Shown: positions 1 through 11,296, numbered from the stretch's first letter. The stretch: 64,000 nucleotides of DNA from Candidatus Cloacimonadales bacterium (GCA_963677495.2 CAXXOU010000004.1:1152001-1216000); one strand, 5' to 3'. The notes: generated by a model not told the origin, from the sequence alone. Translations and numbers: made by a program.

Positions 1-2438
1 TCTTTCGCAACTGGATTCCCATTATTATCTACATAAACTATCTTAAACTTCTGTTTTTGCCCTCGTTTGAGATAATAATCTTCACTCTTCAAGCCCACAT
101 ATCTATCGTACTTCTCATAAGTAACTATCTTCTTTGTCTGAACAGGGCGATTATTATCTGTTACTTCTCCTGTAATCACAAGGTTTAGTGCTGATGGTAG
201 AGCCGGATAATCAGGAATATGCCAATCAATATTTATATTACCATCTTCATCTGTTAAACCGTTCTTAAGCTCTTTCTCCAGCTTAGTAAACTTTCGTTCT
301 TTATCAAAGAATGTGTAATCATCCCACTTCTTGAAGCTCTTGATAAAAGAGCTGATACTCAGGCTAATTTTACCTTTCAATCCTGAACCCGGTTTACCAA
401 ACAGATAGTCACATTTAGCATCTATTTCTATTTTTTCATCTTCACCAGTGTATTTCTCTTTATCAGTTGTAAGATTTACAGTTATGCGATTTGCCATGAC
501 TGTCTGAAGATCAAAATACACACTTTCATATGCTGAGCCTGCATTGATATCGAATCTCCAACCACCGGTAAGATCAGATTCCGATGTTTGATATTGATAG
601 AAGAAGAAACCCTCTTTGCTTTCTTTAAGAACTTGTTCACTAAGTAATTTGTTTTCTGCATTATAAACCAATACTTTAAGTGGTAATTCATCGGGATATT
701 CTCCATCTTTATCTCGGACAATTGCTGCAAGTGTTACCTTTTCACCAGGTCTATAAACCTTTCTATCAAGGTAGGAATGAATCAAAACACCATCTGACAT
801 AGAAGTTCCACCAATATCGAATGTAGATGTATTCCACATCATATTATTTGGAAGTAACAATCCCATTTTTTCAAACTTCTTTGCAACAACATACTTTGGA
901 GTTTTGTCGAGTTTCAAGCCGGTAATAAGGCCATTATCATCAGTAAAAGCAGTTGCCAATTCCAAATGTTGCTCTGAAATAAAGTCAACTTTAGCATTTG
1001 ATATTGGTTTACCTGTCTCAATATCTCTTACTGATGTCACTGTCTCACTTTCACTGTTAAACATAGAAACTGCTAAGTCAGATTTTATAATAATCTTACG
1101 TTGAGTTCTCCACTCATCAGGATTCTTGATTTCAACAATAAAGATGCTTCCATCTTTCTCGCTTGCAAGCTTGGAAAGATCTAGATCTATTCTATTCAAT
1201 CTATTTCTAGGAGAATCAGCTACGATATCTTCGTTGAGTAAGAATTCGCCATAATACTGGATATTATCGTATCCATAATAACCCTCATTATTAGTCAGAT
1301 TGTTAAAATCAAGAAAATAGGCTAAATTCTTTTCATAAATCTTCTTTACAACAAGATTTACTTTTTCAACATTCACAACATTGATAGCAACTTTATTATC
1401 ACTCAATGTTGAAAGAAAGTTTCCTGCTTCACTAAATTCTAGAATTTGTTTTAGGTCAGGTGAAGTAGTTCGTTTACTAACGGCAGCTTTCATGTTCACA
1501 TTATAGTGATTCTTTACTGATGCAGCAACTTTAACTTCGTAAAGAGTACCTGGTACAAAATCACCATTCAGATATATTCTATCATCTCTAATAGTTGTGC
1601 TAAACTTGCACTCTGGAGTCACTTTTATCAGTCCGTCTAAATCCTGGAACTTATCAAGTCCACAGTCAAATGTAAGAACTACAAGGTTCTTCATTCTAAT
1701 CTGGTCCCAATACAATGACTTTAAGTTAAACTCTTTCGCTTCTCTAACTTCCATTGTCTGGGTTGCATCATTACGCATTGCTAAAGACTTTTTATCAAAT
1801 TCCAGCTTAAGTTCATTCTTCACATCTTTGATGTTTAGAGGACCTATTTCAAAGTTCCAATAAGTTCCGCCATAACCTTTCCAGATAATATTATACTCAA
1901 GACCAGATTTTGCTTTCAGATTAACACCCTCATTAAGCTGTTCTAAATCTACTTTTCCATTAAAAGAGATGTTTCCCTGTAGCAGTGTTTGGGAACTGTT
2001 TCCATCATAGGATGTATAGTAGTTGAATCGAGTGATTTCATTTAATGGTACAGTAAAATCAAGCTCAAAGTCTTCGAGTCTTTTCTCATTCAAAAGGTTA
2101 TCTAATTCAAGCTTGAATGTATATCTACCACCGGGTTTAAATCCTGTACTCGGGCTGAATACTAATCTGTTTCGTCCGGATTTATAGAAGCGACCTTCAA
2201 CTTTTGGAGTAATTGACCAATATTTGTTCGGATTAACCTTCCCAAGTTTCTTCGAATAACTATCGTTTAGATAAACAAACAATTCTCCGGTTGAGGGTAC
2301 TATGTCTGAGCTTGAGGATATAATTACCTCTGACAATGGAATCTTATCTCCACTCTTTTTTGCTCCAAGAGTGAATAAAGTAAGTGCGATAACTAAAACC
2401 AGCAGTATCGGTAAATAACGCCTACAAAATAACTTCAT
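1..2438 (-). CDS. Bacterial alpha-2-macroglobulin family protein, N-terminal part (runs off window start)
   Basis: Not in the ORF track. Hand translation from ATG 2438 (MKLFCRRYLPILLVLVIAL, signal-like; GGAG RBS upstream) is in the same frame as positions 3-50 and contains the MG2 motif HSYLDRKVYRPGEKVTL...DLTGGW and DYLFGKPG. Confidence 0.85.
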   Translation of the reverse strand, partial: MKLFCRRYLPILLVLVIALTLFTLGAKKSGDKIPLSEVIISSSSDIVPSTGELFVYLNDSYSKKLGKVNPNKYWSITPKVEGRFYKSGRNRLVFSPSTGFKPGGRYTFKLELDNLLNEKRLEDFELDFTVPLNEITRFNYYTSYDGNSSQTLLQGNISFNGKVDLEQLNEGVNLKAKSGLEYNIIWKGYGGTYWNFEIGPLNIKDVKNELKLEFDKKSLAMRNDATQTMEVREAKEFNLKSLYWDQIRMKNLVVLTFDCGLDKFQDLDGLIKVTPECKFSTTIRDDRIYLNGDFVPGTLYEVKVAASVKNHYNVNMKAAVSKRTTSPDLKQILEFSEAGNFLSTLSDNKVAINVVNVEKVNLVVKKIYEKNLAYFLDFNNLTNNEGYYGYDNIQYYGEFLLNEDIVADSPRNRLNRIDLDLSKLASEKDGSIFIVEIKNPDEWRTQRKIIIKSDLAVSMFNSESETVTSVRDIETGKPISNAKVDFISEQHLELATAFTDDNGLITGLKLDKTPKYVVAKKFEKMGLLLPNNMMWNTSTFDIGGTSMSDGVLIHSYLDRKVYRPGEKVTLAAIVRDKDGEYPDELPLKVLVYNAENKLLSEQVLKESKEGFFFYQYQTSESDLTGGWRFDINAGSAYESVYFDLQTVMANRITVNLTTDKEKYTGEDEKIEIDAKCDYLFGKPGSGLKGKISLSISSFIKSFKKWDDYTFFDKERKFTKLEKELKNGLTDEDGNINIDWHIPDYPALPSALNLVITGEVTDNNRPVQTKKIVTYEKYDRYVGLKSEDYYLKRGQKQKFKIVYVDNNGNPVAK

Positions 2439-2470
2439 AATCTATCTCCATTTAGTTTTCTTCTTATGGG

Positions 2471-2500
2471 ATAATAGTAATTGCTAAAATATCATGTCAA
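2471..2500 (-). promoter_or_regulatory. Putative sigma70 promoter of the alpha-2-macroglobulin gene
   Basis: TTGACA (2500-2495), 18 nt, TATTAT (2476-2471) on the minus strand. Confidence 0.4.
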
Positions 2501-2606
2501 CTTAAATGGTAAGTGAATGTATTGTTATCCCATTTTATCTACACTCATTAAGTTGTATCTATATCTTTATATTTGAAGTAATCTTTTTGATAAAACACAG
2601 TTAACT

Positions 2607-3036
2607 CACTGTTTTCCCACTGTGCACGCACTGTGTACCCAGTGAAACAGTGGGTTGGCAGTGCCTTCACAGTGGGGACACAGTGCGTGCACAGTGCGTT
2701 GATAAAAAGTGCAGTGAAAGAGAGCAAAAGGGGCAGTAAATATACCTAAGTCATTGGTAAAGGCACTGTGTATGCATTTAGAAGCTGTCGCAATAGCGAC
2801 CGAAGGGATATGAGCGAATAGCGAAAATTGGTAATAATCAAATTCGTGACAAGACGCACCAACGCAGATGGTGCACACCACAGTTGGAAGTTATTGCAAA
2901 TTGCACTGTGTATGTTCTTTTTTGGACTTGCACCGCAGCGAAGCGTGGGTCGAGGACGAAAACCATAAGATGCCGACTGCGAAGTGCATTTTAGGAAGTC
3001 CGTTGCCTTATCAGGCAGACAAACTCCCTGAAATGC
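2607..3036. repeat. Composite intergenic repeat, copy 1 (CACTG/CAGTG ladder, 27-bp direct repeats, palindromic modules)
   Basis: Homologous sequence at 13790-14046/16407-16524 and 50678-50985. Perfect 18-bp inverted repeat 2618-2635/2679-2696. Confidence 0.9.
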
Positions 3037-3065
3037 AAAAAAAGAAGGCACGTTTCCGTGCCCTC
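3037..3065 (-). terminator. Intrinsic terminator after the Stn-like operon
   Basis: GGCACG-GAAA-CGTGCC stem followed by TTCTTTTTTT on the minus strand, about 25 nt after the stop at 3088. Confidence 0.75.
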
Positions 3066-3087
3066 AATATGACCAAATGTTTATGAT

Positions 3088-6000
3088 TTATGGTTTCAGT
3101 TTAAGAATCTCTTGTTTATTCAGAACTGTAACCGGTTTTAGTGATTCATCATTCCATCTATCAGATGCGATAAGCTCAGCAAGCTGTGCTTTGTCAAATC
3201 CATGTGTGCAACCTGTGCAGATCCCTTTACCCATTCGAGCAAGTTCTACCCAGTATTTTACATTATTCTCTTCATCTTTTAGCCAACCTGCCTCGTAAAA
3301 AACACTGAGCATGTTTGCAAGCTTATCTGACTTCTTAACATTGTTAAAATGTGTCTTTCTAAAGCCATCAGCATACGCAGTTCCATCTATCTCAAGATAA
3401 GTAGGTCTTGGGATTGCAACATCAACCATTACAGGTTTGAACTGGTTCACTGCTATAGCAAAACCATTATCAACAGATGGTGTCTCACCATAATAGAGAG
3501 CAAAGTCAGCTTTCTCTTCAGCAATAGGTTTGATTTCACTGTGCAACAATCCAATTGCATTTGAATAGTTTGAAGTAACCATTACACCTGAACCTTTAGA
3601 GAAGTCACAGATAGCACCTGCAAGTCTCCATGCCAGTTTAGCTACTTTCTGAGAGACATTATCCTTATTATAGATTATCACCATCTTCTGGTTGAAATCA
3701 ATGCAGTTCGGTTTGCATTTAGGCTCGCTTTCATAGCACTCGATTGTATGCTCTAGTGCAACTTGAGGGTCGTAGTTAACCCATTTATCAACAAGCTTTG
3801 AGAAACCTGTCTCTTTTTCATTAATCCAGTATAGCTTCTTACCTTTAAGTTGAAGGTTTCTTAACACACTTCTCAATGAGAGGTTAATGTCTCCAACAAC
3901 ATAGAAGGCATCAGTTTCTAATAAGTCACTATACTGCTTCATGAAACCTGCAGGAACCTCATCTGAGATATCCTCTTTCAGTGACAGAGAACCAATTTTA
4001 GCGTTTATTCTACCGGCAATTGTTTGAGTTAAAGCTAATTCCTCCATAGTTGCATCAGGTGCAACATAGATAACTTTACTCTTTGCAGATATACTATTCT
4101 CTTTGAGCATCTGAGCTGTGAAAGCAGGGATAGTCTCTTTATCCTGATACAAAGGCTTCATCAAGCTATTCTCTGCATCAAATGCCTGCCAACCGAAACG
4201 ACCTGCAAAACAGATGTTTCTAAGATTATCACCTTGCTCTTCAGGAGTTTCTATCAACTTGATATGTCCATCATAAGCATCAATCTTAATCTTACATCCG
4301 TTTCCGCATGTGCCACAGTTCTGAACTATCTCATCACAGCCTTTAGGATTCATCTTGTAATTGATATTCTTTGGTAGTAGAGCACCTACAGGACAAGCCT
4401 CAATACATTTTCCGCATGTTTCACAGCTTGTTTCTGATAAGTCTCCACCAAACTCAGGTGCAACATAAGTAGGGAATCCACGATAGATGAATCCGAGTAC
4501 TCCGGAACCTTGAATCTCAGCACAAACTCTTACGCAACGTCCGCACTTAACACATTTATTTGCATCATGCATAATAAATGGATGTGTTGACTCAACAGGG
4601 TGTTTATTTCTGCTACCTGCATAAGCGTAAGCATCTACACCATATTCTGTTGCATAACGTCTTAAATCACAAGTCTCGTTAACTTGACAACCGCATTCAA
4701 GACAGCGTTCTGCTTCCTCTATACCTGAGTCACGACTGTAATCGATTTCCACTTCGTCGAAAGTTGAAACTCTCTCTTTAATAGGAATCTCAGGCATTTT
4801 AATCTTATCTTTCTTTTCGAATTGCTCGAAATATTCAGGTTCAATATCTTTAAGTTTCTTCTCTTTCTTGGAATCGAATTGAACGACAGGAGCCATCATC
4901 TTATCTTGAAGGTAATTATCAATAGCAATAGCTGCTTTTTTACCATCAGCTATGGCTTCTACAGCAGTGGCAGGACCACGCTGGAAGTCACCACCTGCAA
5001 AGATGTTCTCTACACCCCAATACATAGTAACTTCATCCACAACTGCAGTTGACCACTTTGAAACAGGGAGTGGTTTACCATTAATATAATTCTCCTCTTC
5101 CCCTAAGAAAGTGATTTCAGGTGACTGAGAAACAGCAGCTATGATAGAATCAAACTGCTCATCGAAATACTCACCCGTAGCTTGAGGACGTCTTCTACCA
5201 CTTGCATCCGGCTCTCCAAGAGCCATCTTTTCAAGTTTTACAGTCTCCAATCTGCCATTAGCATTTGGAAGAAGCTTTGCAGGATTAGTTAGGAATAGGA
5301 ACTTAACGCCCTCTTCCTCAGCCGCATCCACTTCATAAGGTTCAGCAGGCATTTCATTACGAGTTCTTCTATAAATAAGTGTAGTTTCACAACCGAGTCT
5401 AACAGCTGTTCTAGCACAGTCTATAGCAGTGTTACCACCACCAACGATAGCACATTTCTTGCCCAGATCGGTTTTCTCACCCTTAACAGTAGCTTTCAGG
5501 AAATCGACACCAAGATGTACACCTTCTATGTTTGAACCTTCAGTTCTGAGTGGAACAGCATTCAAAGCACCAAGTGCCATGTAAACAGCATCATACTCTT
5601 TTGCAAGTTCAGGTAATTTGACATCTTTTCCAACAAAGGTATTGTATTGTATTTCCATGCCGTTAGCACACATAAGTTCAACTTCTTTCTGAAGTATTTT
5701 TTTCGGTAGTCTATACTCTGGAATACCATATCTTAACCAGCCACCGGCTTTGTCCTCAGCTTCGAAGACTTTCACATCATAGCCTTGATTAGAAAGATAA
5801 TAACCGGCAGTTAAACCTGAAGGTCCACTACCAATGATGGCAACTTTCTTACCTTTGAGTGGAGCTCTTTCAGGGATATATGGCTTCTCTAAATCTATAT
5901 CCGCAGCGTGACGTTTAAGCTGTCTAATAGCAATCGACTCATCAACAACTGTTCTGCGACATTCCTGCTCACAAAAAGCAGGGCATACACGACCTATTGA

Positions 6001-6420
6001 GAGTGGCATAGGCAAGCTGTCTTTAATAACTTTCACAGCCTCTGTGTACTGACCATTTGCAATCAATGATACATATGTCTGTACATCCACACCGGCTGGG
6101 CATGCAACCTTACAAGGAGCTTCACAATCAGCATAATGGTCAGAGAGAAGGAGCTCAAGAGCTGTCTTACGAGCATCAAGCACATCTTCTGTATTTGTTT
6201 CAATCTCCATACCATCGTAGATATTTGTTCCACAGGCAGTAACGAATCCGGGGCGTCCAACTAACTTAACTGCACAAACCCAGCAGGAGCCGAAAGGTTT
6301 AAGTTCTTCATCATGACAAAGAGTAGGAACTTCGATTCCATGCTCATTACATACTGCAAGGATTGTCTTAACGCAATCAACCTGTATCTTCTTTCCGTTT
6401 AATGTAATATTTATCATCAT
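3088..6420 (-). CDS. StnC-like multidomain oxidoreductase: 2Fe-2S, GltD/NfnB-like FAD/NADP(H) module, 4Fe-4S dicluster, degenerate molybdopterin-oxidoreductase-like tail
   Basis: PTLCH..GSCWVC (NuoG-type 2Fe-2S); APCKVACP, GRVCPAFCE, IIGSGPSG, GGGNTAIDCARTA, YRR, FAGGD (GltD); CVKCGRCVRVC, CETCGKCIEACP; CGTCGNGC..NICFAGRFG. Confidence 0.85.
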   Translation of the reverse strand: MMINITLNGKKIQVDCVKTILAVCNEHGIEVPTLCHDEELKPFGSCWVCAVKLVGRPGFVTACGTNIYDGMEIETNTEDVLDARKTALELLLSDHYADCEAPCKVACPAGVDVQTYVSLIANGQYTEAVKVIKDSLPMPLSIGRVCPAFCEQECRRTVVDESIAIRQLKRHAADIDLEKPYIPERAPLKGKKVAIIGSGPSGLTAGYYLSNQGYDVKVFEAEDKAGGWLRYGIPEYRLPKKILQKEVELMCANGMEIQYNTFVGKDVKLPELAKEYDAVYMALGALNAVPLRTEGSNIEGVHLGVDFLKATVKGEKTDLGKKCAIVGGGNTAIDCARTAVRLGCETTLIYRRTRNEMPAEPYEVDAAEEEGVKFLFLTNPAKLLPNANGRLETVKLEKMALGEPDASGRRRPQATGEYFDEQFDSIIAAVSQSPEITFLGEEENYINGKPLPVSKWSTAVVDEVTMYWGVENIFAGGDFQRGPATAVEAIADGKKAAIAIDNYLQDKMMAPVVQFDSKKEKKLKDIEPEYFEQFEKKDKIKMPEIPIKERVSTFDEVEIDYSRDSGIEEAERCLECGCQVNETCDLRRYATEYGVDAYAYAGSRNKHPVESTHPFIMHDANKCVKCGRCVRVCAEIQGSGVLGFIYRGFPTYVAPEFGGDLSETSCETCGKCIEACPVGALLPKNINYKMNPKGCDEIVQNCGTCGNGCKIKIDAYDGHIKLIETPEEQGDNLRNICFAGRFGWQAFDAENSLMKPLYQDKETIPAFTAQMLKENSISAKSKVIYVAPDATMEELALTQTIAGRINAKIGSLSLKEDISDEVPAGFMKQYSDLLETDAFYVVGDINLSLRSVLRNLQLKGKKLYWINEKETGFSKLVDKWVNYDPQVALEHTIECYESEPKCKPNCIDFNQKMVIIYNKDNVSQKVAKLAWRLAGAICDFSKGSGVMVTSNYSNAIGLLHSEIKPIAEEKADFALYYGETPSVDNGFAIAVNQFKPVMVDVAIPRPTYLEIDGTAYADGFRKTHFNNVKKSDKLANMLSVFYEAGWLKDEENNVKYWVELARMGKGICTGCTHGFDKAQLAELIASDRWNDESLKPVTVLNKQEILKLKP

Positions 6421-6429
6421 GCTACCCCT

Positions 6430-8199
6430 TTACACCTTTGAAATTGCCTGGAAACGACATGCATCGTAACAGGCTCCACATTTAATACATTTATCCTGCT
6501 CTATCACATGTGGTTCTTTGACCTTTCCACGGATAGCATCTGTAGGACATTTTCTCGCACAGGCTGTACAGCCTACGCATTTATCTGTGATAACTTCATA
6601 CTTAAGCAGAGAAGTACAAACACCGGCAGGGCATCTCTTCTCTTTAATATGAGCTTCATATTCATGTCTGAAATATTTGATTGTTGTAAGTACTGGATTA
6701 GGAGCACTCTTTCCGAGTCCGCAAAGTGAGGTGTTAATAATCTTTTGAGATAACTCAAGAAGTTTATCAATATCCTCCATCTCCCCTTTTCCTTCTGTAA
6801 TCCGAGTAAGTATCTCAAGCATGCGCTTGGTTCCGACTCTACAGAATGTACACTTTCCACAAGATTCATTCTGGGTGAAGTTAAGGAAGAATCTGGCAAT
6901 ATCAACCATACAGGTTGAAGTGTCCATTACAACCATACCACCGGAACCCATAATAGCACCTGTTTTAGTAATTGATTCATAGTCGATATGAGTATCAATC
7001 AACTCTGCAGGAATACAACCACCTGAAGGTCCACCAAGCTGAACGGCCTTGAAAGGAAGTTCATCCTTCATACCACCTCCAACTTTGTAGATAACGTCAC
7101 GGATTGTAAGACCCATTGGGACTTCGATAAGTCCACTATTTCTAATCTTTCCGGCAAGAGCAAAGACTTTAGTACCCTTACTCTTCTCTGTTCCGAATTT
7201 GGCGTATTCTTCAGCACCGTTATAGATTATCCAAGGGATGTTAGCATAAGTCTCAACATTATTGTTGTTTGTTGGCTTCTTCCATAATCCTGATTGTGCA
7301 GGGAATGGAGGTCTTAAGCGAGGCATACCTCTTTCACCTTCAATAGAAGCAATAAGAGCAGTCTCTTCACCACAAACAAAAGCACCGGCACCCTCTTTCA
7401 CATGAAGTTCGAAAGAGAAGTCTGTTCCGAAGATGTTATCACCAAGATAACCTTTTGCTTCAGCATCTTTAATCGCTTTCTGTAAGTGTTTCACAGCCAG
7501 CGGATACTCAGCACGACAATATATGTAGCCTTCATCAGCACCAATTGTATAAGCACAGATTGCCATACCTTCTAAGATACTGTGTGGATCACCTTCGAGT
7601 ACTGAACGGTCCATGAATGCACCAGGATCACCTTCATCTGCATTACAGATAACATATTTCTTTTCATTCTTCGCATCATAAGCGAACTGCCATTTCAAAC
7701 CTGTGCTAAATCCTGCACCACCTCTACCACGAAGACCTGATTTCTTAATCTCATCAATCACGTCAGTAGCAGACATCTCTTTAATCACTTTTTCAAGAGC
7801 TTTATAACCATTATTGGCAAGATAGTCATCAAGGTTCTCGGGGTCAATAATACCACAGTTTCTAAGAACTATACGCTCTTGAGCCTGGTATGTATCATTT
7901 TCAGCGCACTCATAGTCTTCAGAGATAATGGCTTTCTCTAAAAGAGGTTTACCATTAATAATTCCCTCTATAATTTCGGGCATATCCTTTGGCTCAAGGT
8001 AACCATAAGTTATGCTCTGATCATTTCCATATTTAAATTCTACAACCGGTTCGGCAAAACACATGCCGATACATCCGGTTTTTTCCAAAACAGCATCATA
8101 CTTGTTCTGCTTCAGTAAGTTCTCTACTTCCTGATATATCTCTCCTGAGCCTGCAGCAAGTCCGCAACTGGCAACACCAACTTTAATTGTAATAGCCAT
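6430..8199 (-). CDS. NuoF/HydB/StnB-like NADH-binding FMN subunit
   Basis: SGLRGRGGAGFSTGLKW, CNADEGDPGAFMDR, GAFVCGEETAL, ESCGKCTFCRVG, C-terminal 2x[4Fe-4S], N-terminal thioredoxin-like 2Fe-2S. Confidence 0.92.
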   Translation of the reverse strand: MAITIKVGVASCGLAAGSGEIYQEVENLLKQNKYDAVLEKTGCIGMCFAEPVVEFKYGNDQSITYGYLEPKDMPEIIEGIINGKPLLEKAIISEDYECAENDTYQAQERIVLRNCGIIDPENLDDYLANNGYKALEKVIKEMSATDVIDEIKKSGLRGRGGAGFSTGLKWQFAYDAKNEKKYVICNADEGDPGAFMDRSVLEGDPHSILEGMAICAYTIGADEGYIYCRAEYPLAVKHLQKAIKDAEAKGYLGDNIFGTDFSFELHVKEGAGAFVCGEETALIASIEGERGMPRLRPPFPAQSGLWKKPTNNNNVETYANIPWIIYNGAEEYAKFGTEKSKGTKVFALAGKIRNSGLIEVPMGLTIRDVIYKVGGGMKDELPFKAVQLGGPSGGCIPAELIDTHIDYESITKTGAIMGSGGMVVMDTSTCMVDIARFFLNFTQNESCGKCTFCRVGTKRMLEILTRITEGKGEMEDIDKLLELSQKIINTSLCGLGKSAPNPVLTTIKYFRHEYEAHIKEKRCPAGVCTSLLKYEVITDKCVGCTACARKCPTDAIRGKVKEPHVIEQDKCIKCGACYDACRFQAISKV

Positions 8200-8208
8200 G
8201 CATCCCTC

Positions 8209-8670
8209 CTATTCGTATTTACTTAGAATACCGGCAACACTGTCAGCAGTTAACTTACCGTGAGTATTATCATCAACCATTACAACCGGAGCAAGACTGC
8301 AACAGCCAAGGCAAGCCACTTCCATAAGAGTGAAGCGACCATCCTCTGTAGTATCTTCCATATCAGATAGTTTCAGATAATTCTTCATTGCTTTGTAGAG
8401 CGCAGTTGCACCGGACACATGACATGCGGTACCTTTACATACTCTGATAATGTGTCTTCCCTGTGGTCTGAGTCTAAACATTGAATAGAATGTAGCCACA
8501 CCATACATTTCTGCGATTCTGATTCCCGAATTCTCGGAAACATACCTCATTGTTTCTTTACTTAAGTAACCTTCCAGTTCCTGTACCTCTTGTAACAGAG
8601 GAATGGTTACACCTTTTCTCCCTTCAAACTTCTTCAAAATTGCATCAATCTGTTCAGTATTTTTGATCAT
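8209..8670 (-). CDS. NuoE/HydC/StnA-like 2Fe-2S subunit
   Basis: GVATFYSMF, VCKGTACHV, ACLGCCSLAPV. Confidence 0.92.
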   Translation of the reverse strand: MIKNTEQIDAILKKFEGRKGVTIPLLQEVQELEGYLSKETMRYVSENSGIRIAEMYGVATFYSMFRLRPQGRHIIRVCKGTACHVSGATALYKAMKNYLKLSDMEDTTEDGRFTLMEVACLGCCSLAPVVMVDDNTHGKLTADSVAGILSKYE

Positions 8671-8738
8671 TTGGCCATACCTTAATCATATTTTTGTATA
8701 GTTTAAGAATTGGGTTGGATTGTGTATTTGATGTCAAT

Positions 8739-8771
8739 AAAAAAAAGGCAGGTAAACACTGTTTACCTGCC
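8739..8771 (-). terminator. Intrinsic terminator of gdhA
   Basis: GGCAGGTAAAC/GTTTACCTGCC perfect stem followed by T8 on the minus strand. Confidence 0.85.
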
Positions 8772-8782
8772 ATCAATTCAAT

Positions 8783-10162
<1,380 letters not shown>

Positions 10163-10347
10163 TTAAAGGTCAAGAACTATTTGTGTTTATGCGTCCGTAG
10201 CAATCTTTTTTCATCTGTAAAATTCTGTTATATAATACGTTATATTTCTTAAAAAACTTTTCACTTGCCAACTACGCATTCACTTTATTTTTGGCAGATT
10301 TGTTTATTGAGAGTAATATACCTTAAAATTGGGAGTTTTTCGTGTCT

Positions 10348-11111
10348 CCTCGCCCCTCCGGGGAGAGGATTAAGGCAAATATGGAGTGCACCATCTGCGT
10401 TGGTGCATCCTATCACACATCTAATCTTTGCAATATTTCTCTATTCTCCCATCTCCCTATGGTCGCTCGTAAAACGTCACTCCGGGGTGTTCATCCCGTT
10501 TTTCTAGGGAGTTTGCCAGACCAACGGGAAAGCGGACTTCCTAAAAAACAACCCACCAATCCTTTTTAGGAATTTGTCATGAGCCTTTGCGAAAACGGAT
10601 TGAATTACCCCCGCTAAATAATAGCAGGCATTATCCCAACGGGATAAAATGTGAGTAGCCATGAAATGCATGGAACTATGCCCCTTAATAGCAACCGACC
10701 CCAGTGGGGTCGAATATATTCATAACGAAACTTATATAAGGGATGCATATACTATGTATCATCTAATAATACATCTGCCTCCCTAAAACCCCTACTTTCA
10801 AGTAGGGGCATATAGAAACTACATACTGACCTCCCCTCCCCGGATTTCGATACGAAATCCGGGGAGGGGAGATTTTCTTAATCATAATAAAGATATGCCA
10901 CCAGATAAATCTGGTGGTTCCGGGGAGCATTTACTACGGCATATAATGTATATGATTATCGTTTTTCTTTGCACATATTAGGATGGAATATTCAACCCAC
11001 TTTGGGGTTGCAAACACTTGCTAGAATCCTAACCCCGAATTGCATGGGGCTACTCACATGTAACCCCGCTGGGGTTAAAGATTAAGCTATGAGCTATAGG
11101 CTATTAGCTAT
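10348..11111. repeat. Mosaic cluster of REP-like palindromes
   Basis: Hairpins at 10348-10368, 10387-10407, 10631-10647, 10696-10712, 10789-10808, 10831-10871 (19-bp perfect stem), 10898-10917, 10993-11010, 11061-11077; inverted pair 10649-10660/11048-11059. Confidence 0.85.
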
Positions 11112-11296
11112 CTTAGCACCTTCCGAGAAAATAAAATTGTTAAGTATGACATAAGGAAGAGACCGCAGAAACCTTCTAATATTGATAGATAAATCTAGAA
11201 TCACAAGCTAAATCACGTAATTATACTTAGAAGACTATTCAACGATGTTACAGGACACTCTTAAGCAACTTGCATGGTATATTACATTACTTCAAT

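Noticed and set aside
482..1863. ORFs 482-730, 904-1104, 1597-1863
   Set aside because: Alternative-frame or antisense shadows of the long alpha-2-macroglobulin frame.
2748..2914. 27-bp direct repeats as a mini-CRISPR
   Set aside because: Only two degenerate repeats per locus, the intervening 113 bp is too long for a spacer and is itself made of genomic repeat modules.
2606..3086. Short ORFs 2606-2881, 2746-3051, 2868-3086 (and 10265-10569)
   Set aside because: They lie within non-coding repeat modules, lack RBS and recognisable motifs, and the frames are not conserved between copies.
3088..8670. [FeFe]-hydrogenase HydABC, formate dehydrogenase or complex I
   Set aside because: No H-cluster motifs (TSCCP, MPC, ExMxC), no recognisable Cys/Sec FDH active site, and no membrane nuo genes.
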